Positions 14,699-28,602 are shown, counted from the stretch's first letter. The stretch: 64,000 nt of DNA from Octopus sinensis (GCF_006345805.1 NC_043006.1:29326001-29390000); one strand, 5' to 3'. A program made the numbers and translations. Notes: generated by a model not told the origin, from the letters alone.

Positions 14699-15025
14699 AT
14701 GAAGCTTATTTTGTTGAGTATTTTCCTTTGCACTTGCCACTTTACCATTAAAGGAGTGTTCCCTCAGCAAGAACGACAAGTATCTTTCAAAGCAATAAAT
14801 ACTTGTGGCCTTAATAGTAAGATAGTGAATGCAAGTGAGATAAAATACACACCAACAAGAATGCAATGTATGGAATTGTGTTCCTGGAATTGGAAATGCA
14901 ATGCAGTTACTCATTGCATATATGGAGCAAAGTCTTCTGTACAATGTCATCTACATGAAAATATTAATACAATCCTTGACTGTAAGTATCATGAAGAGGT
15001 TCCTGAATGTTCATCATGGAAAAAG
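14699..15025 (+). CDS. Secreted PAN-EGF protein, coding exon 1: signal peptide + PAN/Apple domain
   Basis: MKLILLSIFLCTCHFTIKG hydrophobic N-terminus; QCMELCSWNWKCNAVT..QCHLH PAN cysteine pattern. Acceptor TTCAG|14652 upstream of ATG; donor AAG|GTAAAA, phase 0. Confidence 0.9.
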
Positions 15026-16448
15026 GTAAAATGAATTTTCTTAATTTTTTCATTTACTTTATTTATTTATGCACTTGTCCATACTTTTCCCAAGAAGATT
15101 TCACATTGGTCTTCTCCGACATTCTCTTCTATTTCTATAAGGAATAGTTGTAGTGCACTCAACATTAACCAATTCTTTTCCACCTTACCCATGGTAAAGA
15201 TAGTTGCTTCATTAAATCTAACATGGCAAATCTTCCTCATAAAAACTGTATCAGAGTAGTTTTTATTTGGTGCAGCTTAATTCTAAACAAGCAGACCTGT
15301 GATATCTTCTTAAAGGTATCTAGAGTTACATTACCCAACATATTCTTTCCATTTTTATATTAACAGACTGTAATTTGAGGAAGATTTGGTTGCTATTTCT
15401 GGTAGATCAATTAACTATGTAGAGGTAGAGTAGGACAATTTGGGGCAAGTGTTTTTTGTGATGAACTATTTGGTATTCAAAGAAGACATACACACACAAA
15501 TACAAACAGAACCAGAAACGGACAGATAATATCAAAATATACTGTAAGGAGACTAAAATATGGAGTTATCACTCTTTACAAGATGATTTTTTTTTATAAG
15601 AGAAAATAGTATTTCTAGTGATATACTGAAAAATGTAGCCTTATTTAGTTTTTCATTTGATAATTATGAATACCTTTATAGTTTGAAATGGTTCATACCC
15701 AACTAGAAAATTTTAGTTCATTGTTATGTAGAATAAAAACAAAAATTTCTAAGTGCCAAGTTGGTGATAGTTTGTTGTACATTTTATAATACTATGTTAG
15801 GCCTTGGAGTGCTGACAAATTATGTAAATCGTAATTCTGTCTTTTAGGGATTTGGTTTAGCCAGACATTCTTTGAAGTTTGAGAAGATGTTTTCTTGGTT
15901 GTTTTTATTTAATTTAATCAAAGCTATGATTGAGCAGAGCTAGGCTCAATGACATTCCATCCATGGCCAAATTGTAATATTTTTAAGCATTGTGTACCTT
16001 GGACTACTTTATACAATATATCCTTTTGAAGGTAGTAAACTGGGATTTCAAAGACTTTTGGCTGCTATTTGTAGCCAGTCAAGCAACCACATAGATGCCT
16101 CCTCTTGCTTCAAGACATTTTCAGTTGTTCACTGGTGTGTGAATACTATATATGGTGATCAGGTGACCAGAAGAGAGTTAAGGGACTGTTCATCATATAG
16201 CTATAGCAGTCTCACATGTTCTTTACAAAGGCCAATGCACAATGCTTCCTTTCCTCCCCTGGATATGTCACCCCGCCAAATTTGTTTGATGCATGAAACA
16301 TAATTGTTATTTGTAGAAAAGTTATTCTGAAAGGTGTAGGAGTACATTGATATTAGATGCACAGAATATAAATTAAGTTTAGTTGAGATATTGCTGCATC
16401 AGTTCTCATTATCTCTGTCATTTTTCTACTCTTATGTTGTGCATGTGA

Positions 16449-16740
16449 AGAGGCGCATGGCCCAGTGGTCAAGGTGCTGAGCTCACAATCGCAAGATTAT
16501 GGGTTTGATTCCTGGTGGATGGTGTTCTTCAGCAAAAATCTTCATTTCGTATTGCTCCAATTCACTCAACGGTAAATGAGTAACCAAATGATGGAACTGC
16601 TTTCTGATCAGGGGGAAGGTTGACCTGCCTGCCCAGCCAGTGGAGTGGCATCATTCAAAAGTTAAAATTGTACAAAGCGCATTTTGACCAGTAATTATAA
16701 CAACATCTGATTATCTGGTTGATCACACAATCATGTGATG
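16449..16740 (+). mobile_element. tRNA-derived SINE (intron 1 of the PAN-EGF gene)
   Basis: GGCGCATGGCCCAGTGGTCAAGG (A box) and GGGTTTGATTCC (B box), followed by a SINE body. Confidence 0.65.
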
Positions 16741-16848
16741 TTGTATATATTGAAATGCCATCCAATGAAGGAGCTTGGTGGTGTACAAATGGTTTTTAGA
16801 TAAGTGAACAGCTTGATTGAATGGTTGGTTGGTGATGGCATTTATATA

Positions 16849-17595
16849 TTGGCTCATCCCATAAATGTGGTTGTTTGTACTTCTTTTATTTTTCAAAATT
16901 AAGATAAAGTTCTTTTTTCATCTAAAATATACTCTCCTTAATTTTCTACAATGCTCTTCTATCCATCTGATAGACTTGCAAGGACCCCATTTCCAAAATT
17001 CACCTGTCCATGATGAAAAACACTCCTTCAGTACTAATCTGACCTTGTCTACAGAATTCATAGTTTTTCCATCCAAATGACCCAATTTGCTGACTTTTCT
17101 GATGGTTTGCAGGTGTCAATGAATGGTTGACTGACCAAATCCAAGCTTTTCTGCTAGTTCCTCAACAGTTATGATGGGATTTTGTTCCACCAGGGTTTGT
17201 AGGACCTCCTCATTGAGCTCTACAGATTTTCCGGATGAGGATTGTCTTCTAGACTATAGTTTCCAGCTCAGAATTTCTGGAACCACCATTGACACTGGCT
17301 TATGCTTATTGTCCGATCCCCATATACTACATTAATATTCCTTGCGCTTTCTGTTGTGTTGTTGAACCCATAAAGTAAAATATGCTGAGTATGCTCATCT
17401 GTCACTTCCAATATAGCTTTGAAAAATATAACTGTTAAAATCGAACTGCACTCTTCAAAATTTGCACTAAGAATAAGCACAAGGTAAAATTACTACCTGC
17501 TTTGATAGCAAGTTGATGCAAGTAGTTTATCCCGTTCCACTCTGACTTTTAGTTCATGCAATTGAAAAAGTCACATTATTTATGGGATGACCCAA
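16849..17595 (-). mobile_element. Internally deleted mariner element
   Basis: TIRs TTGGCTCATCCCATAAAT / ATTTATGGGATGACCCAA with TA on the left. Minus-strand remnant HILLY..SARNIN.VYG..QCQWWFQKF..VEELAEKLG is the mariner HTH region. Confidence 0.85.
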
Positions 17596-17772
17596 AGTAT
17601 CTATGATACTGGGGTTTTTTTTTCCTTTTTTTTCAAATAAAACATTATAACCACTTTCCTTTTAAGAATATCATCCTATCAAAGCTGTACATTGTGATCT
17701 TTATGATATGGAGGCATACTTTTGTATATATCCACCATCTCTACCACCGGATTTGTTCTGATTTATCAGTAA

Positions 17773-18363
17773 CTAGCAGCATTGCCCGGCTTTGACACAC
17801 AAGTTGAGTTTTATATATATAGATTTCTCAACAGGGATTTCAGGGGAGAGTTTCAGGGAGTCGCTGGCGATGTATCGTGATGATCAAAAATCCGGCCTGC
17901 TAAAATTTGGTTAAAGTGATTCAAACTGCAGACTCAATGCAAAATGGTCACATTTAATTCAAAGCATTAAAAATGTTATGGAAACAATTGGTATGTATTC
18001 ACAAAGACCAAACGATTAATACGAAAAAACCCTCAAGGCTACGTCCTGAAAATTCATTTCTTTGCCGAATTTCTACAATGTTTACGGCGATTCGTTTTTA
18101 TATCTTGATTTTTTATTTTTCATGCAATTTACGCATGCTTGCACGCGTGGTGAACACAGTTCACGTCAAACAGCTGACTGAGTAAAGTTCACTATTCAAT
18201 GCATGGGATAAGGCCTAAACAAGCACATTATCGATTTTTGCACTTGCGAGATGAATTTCGGAACAGTGATCCATTTTTGGTGGTTCTACGATTTGTTGGC
18301 TAGGAGGAGATGTGCCGGGAAGTTAAACACACAGACACACAAGTTGAGTTTTATATATAGAGA
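17773..18363 (-). mobile_element. Non-autonomous Helitron-like element, with a duplicated 5' end at 17794-17824
   Basis: Plus strand reads A|CTAG CAGCATTGCCCGGC at the left end and TTTTATATATAGAGA|T at the right end. Confidence 0.65.
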
Positions 18364-18954
18364 TTTAGAAGTTGAGGGATTTCCATTGGAGATACAGCAT
18401 GGTTTCTTTCATTATTACATCTGAATTCATAGATAAGGATGAAGGTTTTAGTTCTATAAAGGTGTTTGTAAGATGCCAGTGTTCTGTTTCATTGTGCTTA
18501 GCATTTTTATATTATGGTTATGTGGTAATGGTATACACTGACAACCTTGTTTGTCGCTCTCTGTTTAGTGTGGTTGCTAAGATTAATGAATATTTCTTGC
18601 CTTTGTTCCATGTGAGCAAGACCATTGTTCAATTTTAGGAAGTCACATAATCTTAATATAAACACAAATGCATATACACACATATATACACACTTATGTA
18701 TGAGGTGGGTGATGAAAATTCCTGGCTTTAAGGGTATCACAAAAGGCCTGATTGGAGTCCCAACCTTTTGAGTTTCTTTTCAGGGCTTAGTAAAACTGAA
18801 GGGCCACTGAAATAAGTGTGTGAACATGAGACAGGAATATATTGAATAAAATCATAATTAACTGATCCTCCTGTATTTTCTTTTACTCAAAGCTAAGACA
18901 TTTTCATTAGCCCCTCGTATATAAATAACACATAATATAACATATATATTCCAG

Positions 18955-19054
18955 GTGACACCGTGTCATAACAATGGTATTTGGCACTGGGAAAACAATA
19001 CATGTGACTGCTTTTTTACCTATAAAGATAAATACTGCAAAATATTCAGACCGA
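18955..19054 (+). CDS. Secreted PAN-EGF protein, coding exon 2: EGF-like module (absent from the ORF track)
   Basis: TTCCAG| VTPCHNNGIWHWENNTCDCFFTYKDKYCKIFRP |GTAAGT. 100 nt, phase 0 to 1, exactly bridging exons 1 and 3. C-x-C-x8-C EGF C-terminal pattern. Confidence 0.88.
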
Positions 19055-19243
19055 GTAAGTTTTTCATTTTTTACTTTCTTTTTACTTGTTGGACTGTGGC
19101 CATGATGGGGCATTGCATTGAAAGATTTAGTTGACTTCAACCTAGTTGGTTTCAACCACTATGTTAAGGAGATGTAAACAAAAGAATGTCAACTAGTTGG
19201 AGGACGGAAAGGGGGAAAGCACAAAGACTCACACACACACACA

Positions 19244-19470
19244 CATCATCATTTGATGTCTACCTTCCATGCAAGCAAGAGTTGGATAGTTCAACCGGAG
19301 CCAAACAAGCAGAAGACAACTCCAGGCTAATGTCTCTGTTTTGGAAGGGTTTTTATGATTGGATGCTCTTTCTAACACCACCCACTCTGCAGAGTGGACT
19401 GAGTGCTTTTTATGTGACACCAGCACAGGCAAGGCCAGTTTTGGCATGATTTTACAGCTGGATGCCCTTA
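19244..19470 (-). mobile_element. RTE 3'-end fragment
   Basis: Reverse complement of the shared AAGGGCATCCAGCTGTA...CATG..(GAT)n terminus. Confidence 0.7.
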
Positions 19471-19754
19471 TATATATATATAGCACAGGCCTCCACTAAA
19501 AGCATAAGGAATTGACTAACCTGAGGTTGTATTAAAAACTACTTGCAAACACCGAGACTAAACCTGAAACCATATGGTCACAAAGTGAGCTGCTTAACTA
19601 TGCAGCCATGCCTGCACCTAAGTTTTGTTTGAAAGAATTTACTGTGTTACAAGTATTTGTAATCAAATTAAAAATTTACAATGCTCTGAGTTAAATCCTG
19701 TGGATTGTTTTTGGATCATTGATGTAAATGATATACATACATTCCTCCTCCTCC

Positions 19755-20035
19755 TCATCATCATCCTTTAACGTCCGCTTTCCATGCTAGCATGGGTTGG
19801 ACGATTTGACTGAAGTCTGGCGAACCAAATGGCTGAACCAGGCTCCAATCTGATCTGGTAGAATTTCTACAGCTAGATGCTCTTCCTAACGCTAACCACT
19901 CTGAGAGTGTAATGGGTACTTTTACATGCCACCAGCATGAGGGCCAGTCAGGCAGTGCTGGCAACGGCCACACTCAGATGGTGCTTTTTAAGTGCCACCT
20001 GACAGGAACCAGTCCAGCGGCACTGGCAACGACCT
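19755..20035 (-). mobile_element. RTE 3'-end fragment
   Basis: CATCATCCTTTAACGTCCGCTTTCCATGCTAGCATGGGTTGG matches the 3' terminus of the 2942 element. Confidence 0.8.
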
Positions 20036-20055
20036 ATACATACATATATATATAT

Positions 20056-20144
<89 letters not shown>

Positions 20145-20169
20145 CATATATATTTTTATATATATATTT

Positions 20170-21360
20170 CATCATCATCATCGTATAACGTCCATTTTCC
20201 ATGCTGGCATGGGTAGCCGGCTCGACTGGAGTCTGGGAAGCCAGGAGGCTGCACCAGGCTCAAGTTTGAGCTGGCAGTGTTTCTACAGCAGGATGCCCTT
20301 CCTAACGCCAACCAGTCCGAGAGTGTAGTGGCTACTTTTTACATGCCATTAACACAGAGGCCAGAGGGATCTGGCATCAACCACGATCAGTTGGTGCTTT
20401 TTACATACCACCAGCACGGGGATTGCAACTACAATTTCCATTTGATTGTGATTTGATTTTGATGTACTTAACTCAATAGGTCTCCTCAAGCACAGCATGT
20501 TGCCCTATGATCCAAGGCACTTTTGAGAGGGCTGGTTATGCAATGCTGGTGTAGGTTACAGCTGTGAACTCATGTTATTTGCTGGGTCTTCTCAGTCCTA
20601 GCATATCCCCAGAGGTCTCTGTCTTTTGTCATTGCCTCTGTGAGGCCCAACGTTTGAAGGTCATGCTTCACTATCTTATCCTGGGTTTCCCTCTACCCTG
20701 GATTCCTTCCACTGTTTGGGAGTGGCACTTCATACATCTCTCCTCATCCATCTGTACTACATGACTATACCAACGCAAACGTCTCTTTTGCACGCCACAT
20801 CCAATATTTCTCCAAGGGCGCTTACACTCTGTTGTGTATGCACACTGACATTACACATCCGGTAGATCCTACTAGCTTCAGTTCTTTTGAGCCTACGCAT
20901 GTTTTCAGCAGCCACGGCCCATGTTTCACTGCTATGAAGCATGGTAGTTTGCACACATGCATTATACAATCTACCTTTCACTCTGAGCGAGAGGCCCTTT
21001 GTCACCAGTAGGGGTAGAAGCTTTCTGAACTTTGATCAGGCTTCTATTATTCTAGTCGTGACACTCTCTGAGCATCCCACCCCCTACAGACTTGGTCACC
21101 TAGGTAGCAAAAGCTATCAACTACTTCTAGTTTCTCCCCATGGTATGTAATGGAATCTGTTTTCTGAGCATCTGTGGTGTTTATTGCCCCTGAGCATCTG
21201 CTGCACATGAAAGCTATCTTCCTGGTTAATCTTCCTTTGATGTTGCTGCACTTCTTATGTGTCCATAGCTTACACTGGGTACATCTTATGGAGTTTCTAC
21301 CTACACCTTTTCTACAGATCAAGCAGGGCCACCTACCTGAATTGCCAGGTGACACGCTGT
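20170..21360 (-). mobile_element. Degenerate 5'-truncated RTE copy
   Basis: Frameshifted fragments GRWPCLICRKGVGRNSIRCTQCKLWTHKKC and GLSLRVKGRLYNACVQT, then 3' UTR and (GAT)n tail. Confidence 0.9.
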
Positions 21361-21419
21361 GCTTCAGAAGACCTGTTCAGTCAAGTGAAATCGTAGTTGT
21401 GACTGATGCCAGTACTGCC

Positions 21420-21722
21420 TGAATGGCACCTATGCTGGTGGCACATAATAAGCACCATTCAAGCATGAGTCAATGAGTTTCGCCTGACTGGCTCCCCGTG
21501 CCAGTAGCACATAAAAAGCACCATTTGAACATGGTCAATGCCAGTGCCCTCAGACAGGCTTCTGTGTCGGTGGCACATAAAAAGCATCATCTGAATGTGG
21601 TTGATGGCAGTGCCGCCTGATTGGTTCCCATGCTGGTTGTATGTAAGAAGTACCCATTACACTCTTGAAGTGGTTGGCATTTGGAAGAGCATCCAGCTGT
21701 AGAACCCTTGCCAGATCATATG
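21420..21722 (+). mobile_element. RTE 3'-UTR fragment
   Basis: GGCACATAAAAGCACC modules and GAAGTGGTTGGCATTTGGAAGAGCATCCAGCTGTAGAA. Confidence 0.7.
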
Positions 21723-22005
21723 GAAAGTGTAGCGAGTCTTATTTATGAAATTGGAGAGCCCAACAAGTCTTATTCATGACAGTCTTATTTATGAAATTGG
21801 AAAGTCTGGTATATTAATACCAACCTTTCCGATCTGTGAATCATTCTTTCAATGTCACTTAAATTGTATTAGCAGAATTATTTGTGCAAATTTTGGAAAT
21901 TGTGAGGCTTTCCAATTTCATAAGATTGCTATGTAATCTTAGAAAATTTTTATAAAGGTAACTTAATCACATTTATTAAGATACTTATGATTTTATTTGT
22001 TACAG

Positions 22006-22276
22006 GTTCTTGCAAAGAAGTATATCAAACATTTATTGCTGCTGGGAGAACACCTTCTAGCAATAAGTTTGTTGTCTATACTCCAGATAAGAAACCCATT
22101 GAAGTATTTTGCGATTTTAGAAATACTTTTGGTGTAACATACATCTCCAAATACTCCTTGTTGAACATGACCAAAGATGATCTGCAACTGTTTGTGCCTG
22201 ACTCAAGTAGGTTCGTGATGAAATATGCCATTGCAAATGGATCTCAAATTGAAGCTACTTTAAAATTACCATCAAT
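22006..22276 (+). CDS. Secreted PAN-EGF protein, coding exon 3
   Basis: TTACAG| (S)SCKEVYQ...PIEVFCDFRNTFGVTYI...LKLPS |GTGAGT, phase 1 to 2. The motif resembles the start of fibrinogen-related domains. Confidence 0.88.
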
Positions 22277-22481
22277 GTGAGTACTTGTGTCCCATTTTGT
22301 TTGCTTACTTTTTTTATGCTTTCGCAGTCGATAGTTATAAAGTATCTCCACTATAGATGGAAAAGGCAAAATGAAGTTTCTCATTGTACCTGCTAAGAGT
22401 TAGGTGGATTAAGTTACTGACAGTATTTTAATCTATTATACAACACTAATGATTAAATGCAAATGTATTCAATTTTTTGAT

Positions 22482-24925
22482 ACCCAGGAAAACCTGGGAC
22501 GAGGTGGTGAAGCACGACCTTCGAACTTTAGGTCTCACCAAGGAAATGACTGAAGACCGAGTCCTATGGAAGTGTGCTGTGCATGAGAGGACCCGGCAGG
22601 ACTAGTCAGGCCATATCCCGTGGCCCCTACCTGGGACGTAGTCGATCCACCTGTGCATACCTTCCTTCTTGTGACACTTGTGAAGACCTGCTGAGGCAAG
22701 TGAAAATCAATCAAAATAGATGAACATCAATGGAATTTGTATCTTGTGGCACACAAGAAAACCATCCGAACGTGGCCGTAGCCAGTACCGCATCGACTGG
22801 CCTCTGTGCTGTGGGAACATGGTGGCACATAAAAACACCATCCGAAGACCCGGCAAGACTAGTCAGGTCATAACCCGTGGGCCCTACCTGGGACGTAGTC
22901 AGTCCACCTGTACATACCTTCCTTCTTGTGACACTTGTGAAGACCTGCTGAGGCAAGTGAAAATCAAATCAAATCAAAACAAATCAAAATAGATGAACAT
23001 CAATGGAATTTGTATCCTTGTGGTACCAGTGCCGGTGGCACACAAGAATCCATCCGAACGTGGCCGTAGTCAGTACCGCTTGTGGTACCAGTGCCGGTGG
23101 CACACAAGAATCCATCCCAACGTGGCCGTAGTCAGTACCGCGTGGGCACATAACAAACACCATCCGGTCGTGGCCGTTCGCCAGCCTCATCTAGCACCTG
23201 TGTCGGTGGCACATAAAAAGTAGTCAGTACCGCTTGTGGTACCAGTGCCGGTGGCACACAAGAATCCATCCGAACATGGCCGTAATCAGTACCGCATCAC
23301 TGGCCATCGTGCTGTGGGCACATAACAAACACCATCCGGTCGTGGCCGTTCGCCAGCCTTATCTAGCACCTGTGTCGGTGGCACATAAAAACACCTTCCG
23401 AAGACCCGGCAAGACTAGTCAGGCCATAAACCATGGCCCCTACCTGGGACGTAGTCAGTCCACCTGTGCATACCTTCCTCCTTGTGATACTTGTGAAGGC
23501 CTGTTGAGGCAAGTGAAAATCAAAATCAAAATCAAATCAAAACAAATCAAAATAGATGAACACCAATGGAATTTGTATCTTTGTGGTACCAGTGCCGGTG
23601 GCACACAAGAGAAAACCATCCGAAAGTGGCCGTAGCCAGTACCGCATCGACTGGCCTCCGTGCTGTGGGCACATGACAAACACCATCCGATCGTGGCCGT
23701 TCGCCAGCCTCATCTAGCACCTGTGTCGGTGGCACATAAAAACACCATCCGAAGACCCAGCAAGACTAGTCAGGCCATAACCCATGGCCCCTACCTGGGA
23801 CGTAGTCAGTCCACCTGTGCATACCTTCCTTCTTGTGACACTTGTGAAGACCTGTTGAGGCAAGTGAAAATCAAATCAAAACAAATCAAAATAGATGAAC
23901 ATCAATGGAATCTGTATCTTTGTGGTACCGGTGGCACACACTTTGTGGTACCAGTGCCGGTGGCACACAAGAGAACCATCCGAACGTGGCCGTAGCCAGT
24001 TCCACATCGACCTGCCTCCGTGCTGTGGGCACGTAACAAACACCATCCAATCATGGCCGTTCGCCGGCCTCATCTGGCACCTGTGCCGGTGGCACATAAA
24101 AACACCTTCCGAAGACCCGGCAAGACTAGTCAGTCCACCTGTGCATACCTTCCTTCTTGTGACACTTGTGAAGACCTGTTGAGACAAGTGAAAATCAAAA
24201 CAAATCAAAATAGATGAACATCAATGGAATTTGTATCTTTGTGGTGCCGGTGCCGGTGGCACGTGGCACATAAGAAAACCATCCGAGCGTGGCCGTAGCC
24301 AGTACCGCATCGACTGGCCTCCGTGCTGTGGCACGTAACAAGCACCATCCGATCGTGGCCGTTTGCCAGCCTCATCTGGCACTGTGTCGGTGGCACATAA
24401 AAACACCATCCGAGCGTGGCCGTCTGCCAGCCTCGTCTGGCACCTGTGTCGGTGGCACATAAAAACACCATCCGAGCGTGCCGTCTGCCAGCCTCGTCTG
24501 GCACTGTGTCGGTGGCACATAAAAACACCATCCGAGCGTGGCCATCTGCCAGCCTCGTCTGGCACCTGTGTCGGTGGCACATAAAAAGACCATCCGAGCG
24601 TGGCCGTCTGCCAGCCTCGTCTGGCACCTGTGTCGGTGGCACATAAAAAACACCATCCGAGCGTGGCCGTCTGCCAGCCTCGTCTGGCACCTGTGTCGGT
24701 GGCACATAAAAAACACCATCCGAGCGTGGCCGTTTGCCAGCCTCGTCTGGCACCTGTGTCGGTGGCACATAAAATCACCCACTACACTCTCAGAGTGGTT
24801 GGCGTTAGGAAGGGCATCCAGCTGTAGAAACACTGCCAGATCTGACTGGACTGGTGCAGCTTTCGGGCTCCCCAGACCCCAGTTGAACCGTCCAACCCAT
24901 GCTAGCATGGAGGGCGGACGTTAAA

Positions 24926-24953
<28 letters not shown>
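22482..24953 (+). mobile_element. 5'-truncated RTE copy with a tandemly expanded 3' UTR
   Basis: Begins with the last ~40 ORF codons (PRKTWDEVVKHDLRTLG...TRQD, stop 22603-22605). Five copies of a larger module (22586, 22846, 23401, 23752, 24112), seven 60-64-bp units (24344-24774), then the shared terminus and (GAT)n tail. Confidence 0.93.
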
Positions 24954-24956
<3 letters not shown>

Positions 24957-25559
24957 TAACTATGACTCAGCTTTTTCTATTAACTAACAACAAGAGGGAT
25001 AATAGCATAAGCACTTGTTACAACAGTTGTGAGCTTACAAAAGAACAGATAAGGTTGAAGGAAGATAATCAGAAATATCTCTAGAAAACTTACATATTTT
25101 TTCTTGTAGAAAACTTACATATCATTCTCTAAAATAATCTAGTTGTGTACAGTACCCCCACTGCACACATACAAAGCTTCTTAATATGTGATCTTAGTGT
25201 TTCTAAATATTAGATAAGTATCATTATACCTAATGTATAGAATAAAATATATGGTGACAAAACATCAATATGATTCAACAACCCATAATATTATTGCCAG
25301 CAAGTCTGGATCATTCTTTTTAATTCAGTATTAGTTACAGTGAGGCAACACTTAGCACTGATAACAGTGGGGAACAAATTCTAAAAATGTTTCTTGGTAC
25401 CTCAGATTTTAAACCTGATTCTATACATATTCACTGCACTGAAAAAGAATATGACATTCATTTATTTCTAGTAACTCTAGCTTTTGAGATAAGGCACTTA
25501 CTAATAAGTGTACCCATATCACAATAGTGGGAAATGGTTTTGTTTTATGCAACAATGTT

Positions 25560-26320
25560 CAAGACTTGCTAAGTAGGTGTATCAAAATATGTACCAAGCG
25601 AATAGTGATTATCCATAGCTAGTTCTAAGGGGAGCTGAAAATATATGCCTCTATACAATAGCAACAGATATGGATCAATTCCAATTGGTCACTTGACTAA
25701 AATGACCAATCAACAGGAAACAACATTATTGGTCTTACAGAAGATGTCATATCACAATCATAAATGGCTAATCCATGTGGATCTTAAGATGATGAATTTT
25801 CTCATGCATTAGCAGAATGGATACACTAAGTATTCCTGCTTTATCTGTCTTTGGGATAGTAGATCTAATGATGAGAACTGGATGAGAAAACAATGGTCTC
25901 TGAAAGAAAACATGATCATTGGAGAAAGGAATGTAATTAGAGTACTGTTGTCTGACAGAGATAAGATCATTTTACCATCACCATATGATTAAACTAGGTT
26001 TAATTAAACAGTTTGTGAAGGATTTGAACAAAGAAGGGGGCTGCTTTGACTACACAAGCAGCAAATTTCCAGCACTGAGCATGGTGAAATTGAAGTCAAA
26101 TGTTTTTCAACAGGATAACTCATATAGAAACCTAATTCTCAAGATTCAATGAAGAATGCAAAGGAAAATGTGTAGTCTTCATTCTGGTTGTAAGAAATTT
26201 TCTTGGGACCCATAAAGCAGAAAACTATTGTGAACTAGTGAAGAACATGTTGTCTTCTTGCTATCAATTTGGCTTTAATGTATCAAACAGCATTACCTCT
26301 ATAGTCACTTAAATGGTTTC
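25560..26320 (+). mobile_element. Decayed DNA-transposon transposase (Chapaev3/CMC-like; superfamily tentative)
   Basis: Interrupted CVDLKM..QNGYTKYSCFICLWDSR, MIKLGLIKQFVK, FLG.HKAENYCELV; many stops. Confidence 0.55.
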
Positions 26321-28602
26321 TCAGACAACCATGGTGACCTAAGTGGTTAACAATTCCACCAAGATTTAAAGAACTACAAAAGAAAGATACCAGAGACACT
26401 GGGACACCCATATGATAGCAGTTTACTACTAGACTATTCAACATGATTGTCGTTGGGTAGTTCATCATAGATATCCGTTTCCATGAAATACTTGAATAAA
26501 TTAACATAGCATCGATGAAATTTCCTACGTTTGCTTCACTGGATGTAAGTTAATCATGAATAACTAGATCCTTCAAAGTATGAAACCATTTTTTTATCCA
26601 ACAATAATGATTTGTAGCTATCAATCCTTATACTCCGTTTGTTGCTTGATGCATAGCAGCAATTAAGCTTATAACATACCATGGCTGATGAAGAAAAAGT
26701 GATTTCATATTTACAACCAGTGATCAAAATTTACCTGAAACACAATATTTCAGGCACCAAATTTTGTTCCCATTGTCATGAATGAAGCAGAAATATATGG
26801 GAGTTGCGAAACAAGAAGACAGGAAAATCATGAATGTCATCGCTACAACCCCCCCACCCCCACCCGATCATCATTATTGTTTTATGCCCATTCTCCATGA
26901 TGACATTCCTTTCTGTCTTATCTTATTCTATTTTAGATTTTTAAAAAGTTACATAAATTAAACCCATTGACATGCACTAAATTAGTATTTATCATATGGC
27001 TGCTATCTGAAAATTATTTGATCTGAAGCAATTCTATTTTTCTAAACCCACAAATTAACATTTATGTTATATCTATTTAGCTATTTGCTATCACTTTGGA
27101 AAATTAAAGTTGAAGTTACATTTAACTGTCAATGCTTAATGAAGAGGAAAAATCTGGAATTAATTTCTGTATTTCCCAGAAAAATAAAAACATAACATTA
27201 GTGTTCTCATTACTTAATTGATTCTTCTCCATAGTGACCATATCCTATCACTTAATTTACTAAGTAGATTGTAAAAATCCATTAAAATATTATTCTGGAA
27301 TCAACACCATGTAACAATATAAATACAGCAATGTGTGTACAATAACAATTACATCAAAGAACAAATGCAGCAAGAGATTTGGAAATAACTTGGCAGTGCT
27401 AATGCAGTCAGTTGAAAACTTTGCATTTTGGATGTCAGAAAGTTTCAGGGATCATCAGGAGGCCTTCCTCTCAACAACTTTACAGCTCATTGGCACCCCA
27501 CCTCACTTATGTGAGGCCCCACTCACTGTTTCAATAGACTAGTATTCCCACTTTGGGATCATTACCTCTGTAGCCAAGTTTCGTTATTCCTTTTCAGCCA
27601 TATCCAATGGCTGACTTTCTCAATTATCACTTGGATCTCTATATAACATATTTCTGGATTCTATTTCTGGATTTCTCTTAAAATATTATAGGATCATTAA
27701 ACAACTTATTGAAGGTAATATAATATCATTGTTTTTATTCCATGACATCACCTAACATACTATAAGTAGTTCTTCGACTGCACTGCTCAAAGATATTTTT
27801 CAAACATCTCATTTAATTAGAAAATTATTTTAGAGAGAAAATTTAAACATCTATTCCCATGCTTCTGTTTGACAAGTAAATTTATCAAAGTCATAGTCAT
27901 CTAATGTTCTCTTTGCCGTGCTTGCATGGGGCAGACAAAATTTATTGACATATTCCTGAACATTCTATTCTAGTTGCCAACCCTCACTTATTTCCCCAGA
28001 AGACAATATTTCCCATGGTCAGATGTTTTCCACAAAAGGCTGGAAATGAATGACACCATTTGTATGGGAGAGATTCTCATTTACAACCATCACAAGATGT
28101 CCAGACAAGGGTACACACAAACACACAAGACAGGTTTCTTTCAGTTTCCATCTAGTGAATTAACTCTCAAGACTTTGGTTAGATAACCCAAGGTACCATA
28201 GTTAATGACACTGAACCCTAAACTATATGAATACAAAGTGAGCTTCTTAACCATAAAGCCTTGCCTTCACCTATAAAATGTTGAAACTAAAATAGTTTTA
28301 TTACCATGGAGTCATATTGATCATTTTAAACATTCATATGTTTATATATACTTTCATTTTGTCAATGCATCAAAGACTTTCTGTACAGAATTACTATCTT
28401 TCCACAAATTAATAAACTCATTTGCTTAGTGGCAGGTGTTTAAGTGACTGTCATTTCTTTCTTAGAGTGTTATATGTAGTGCCTGTTGTTACATCAAAGA
28501 GTATTTAGTGCCTAAAATGCCAAATATTTTATGGTGTGTGTGGTCAGTATAATAGACAGTTGTTCTCTTGATTATGTTGAGTTTCTTTCTTATATATTAC
28601 AG

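Noticed and set aside
24205-24924. CRISPR-like periodicity and 170-190-aa ORFs
   Set aside because: The units are contiguous with no unique spacers; the ORFs are by-products of the RTE 3' UTR repeat.
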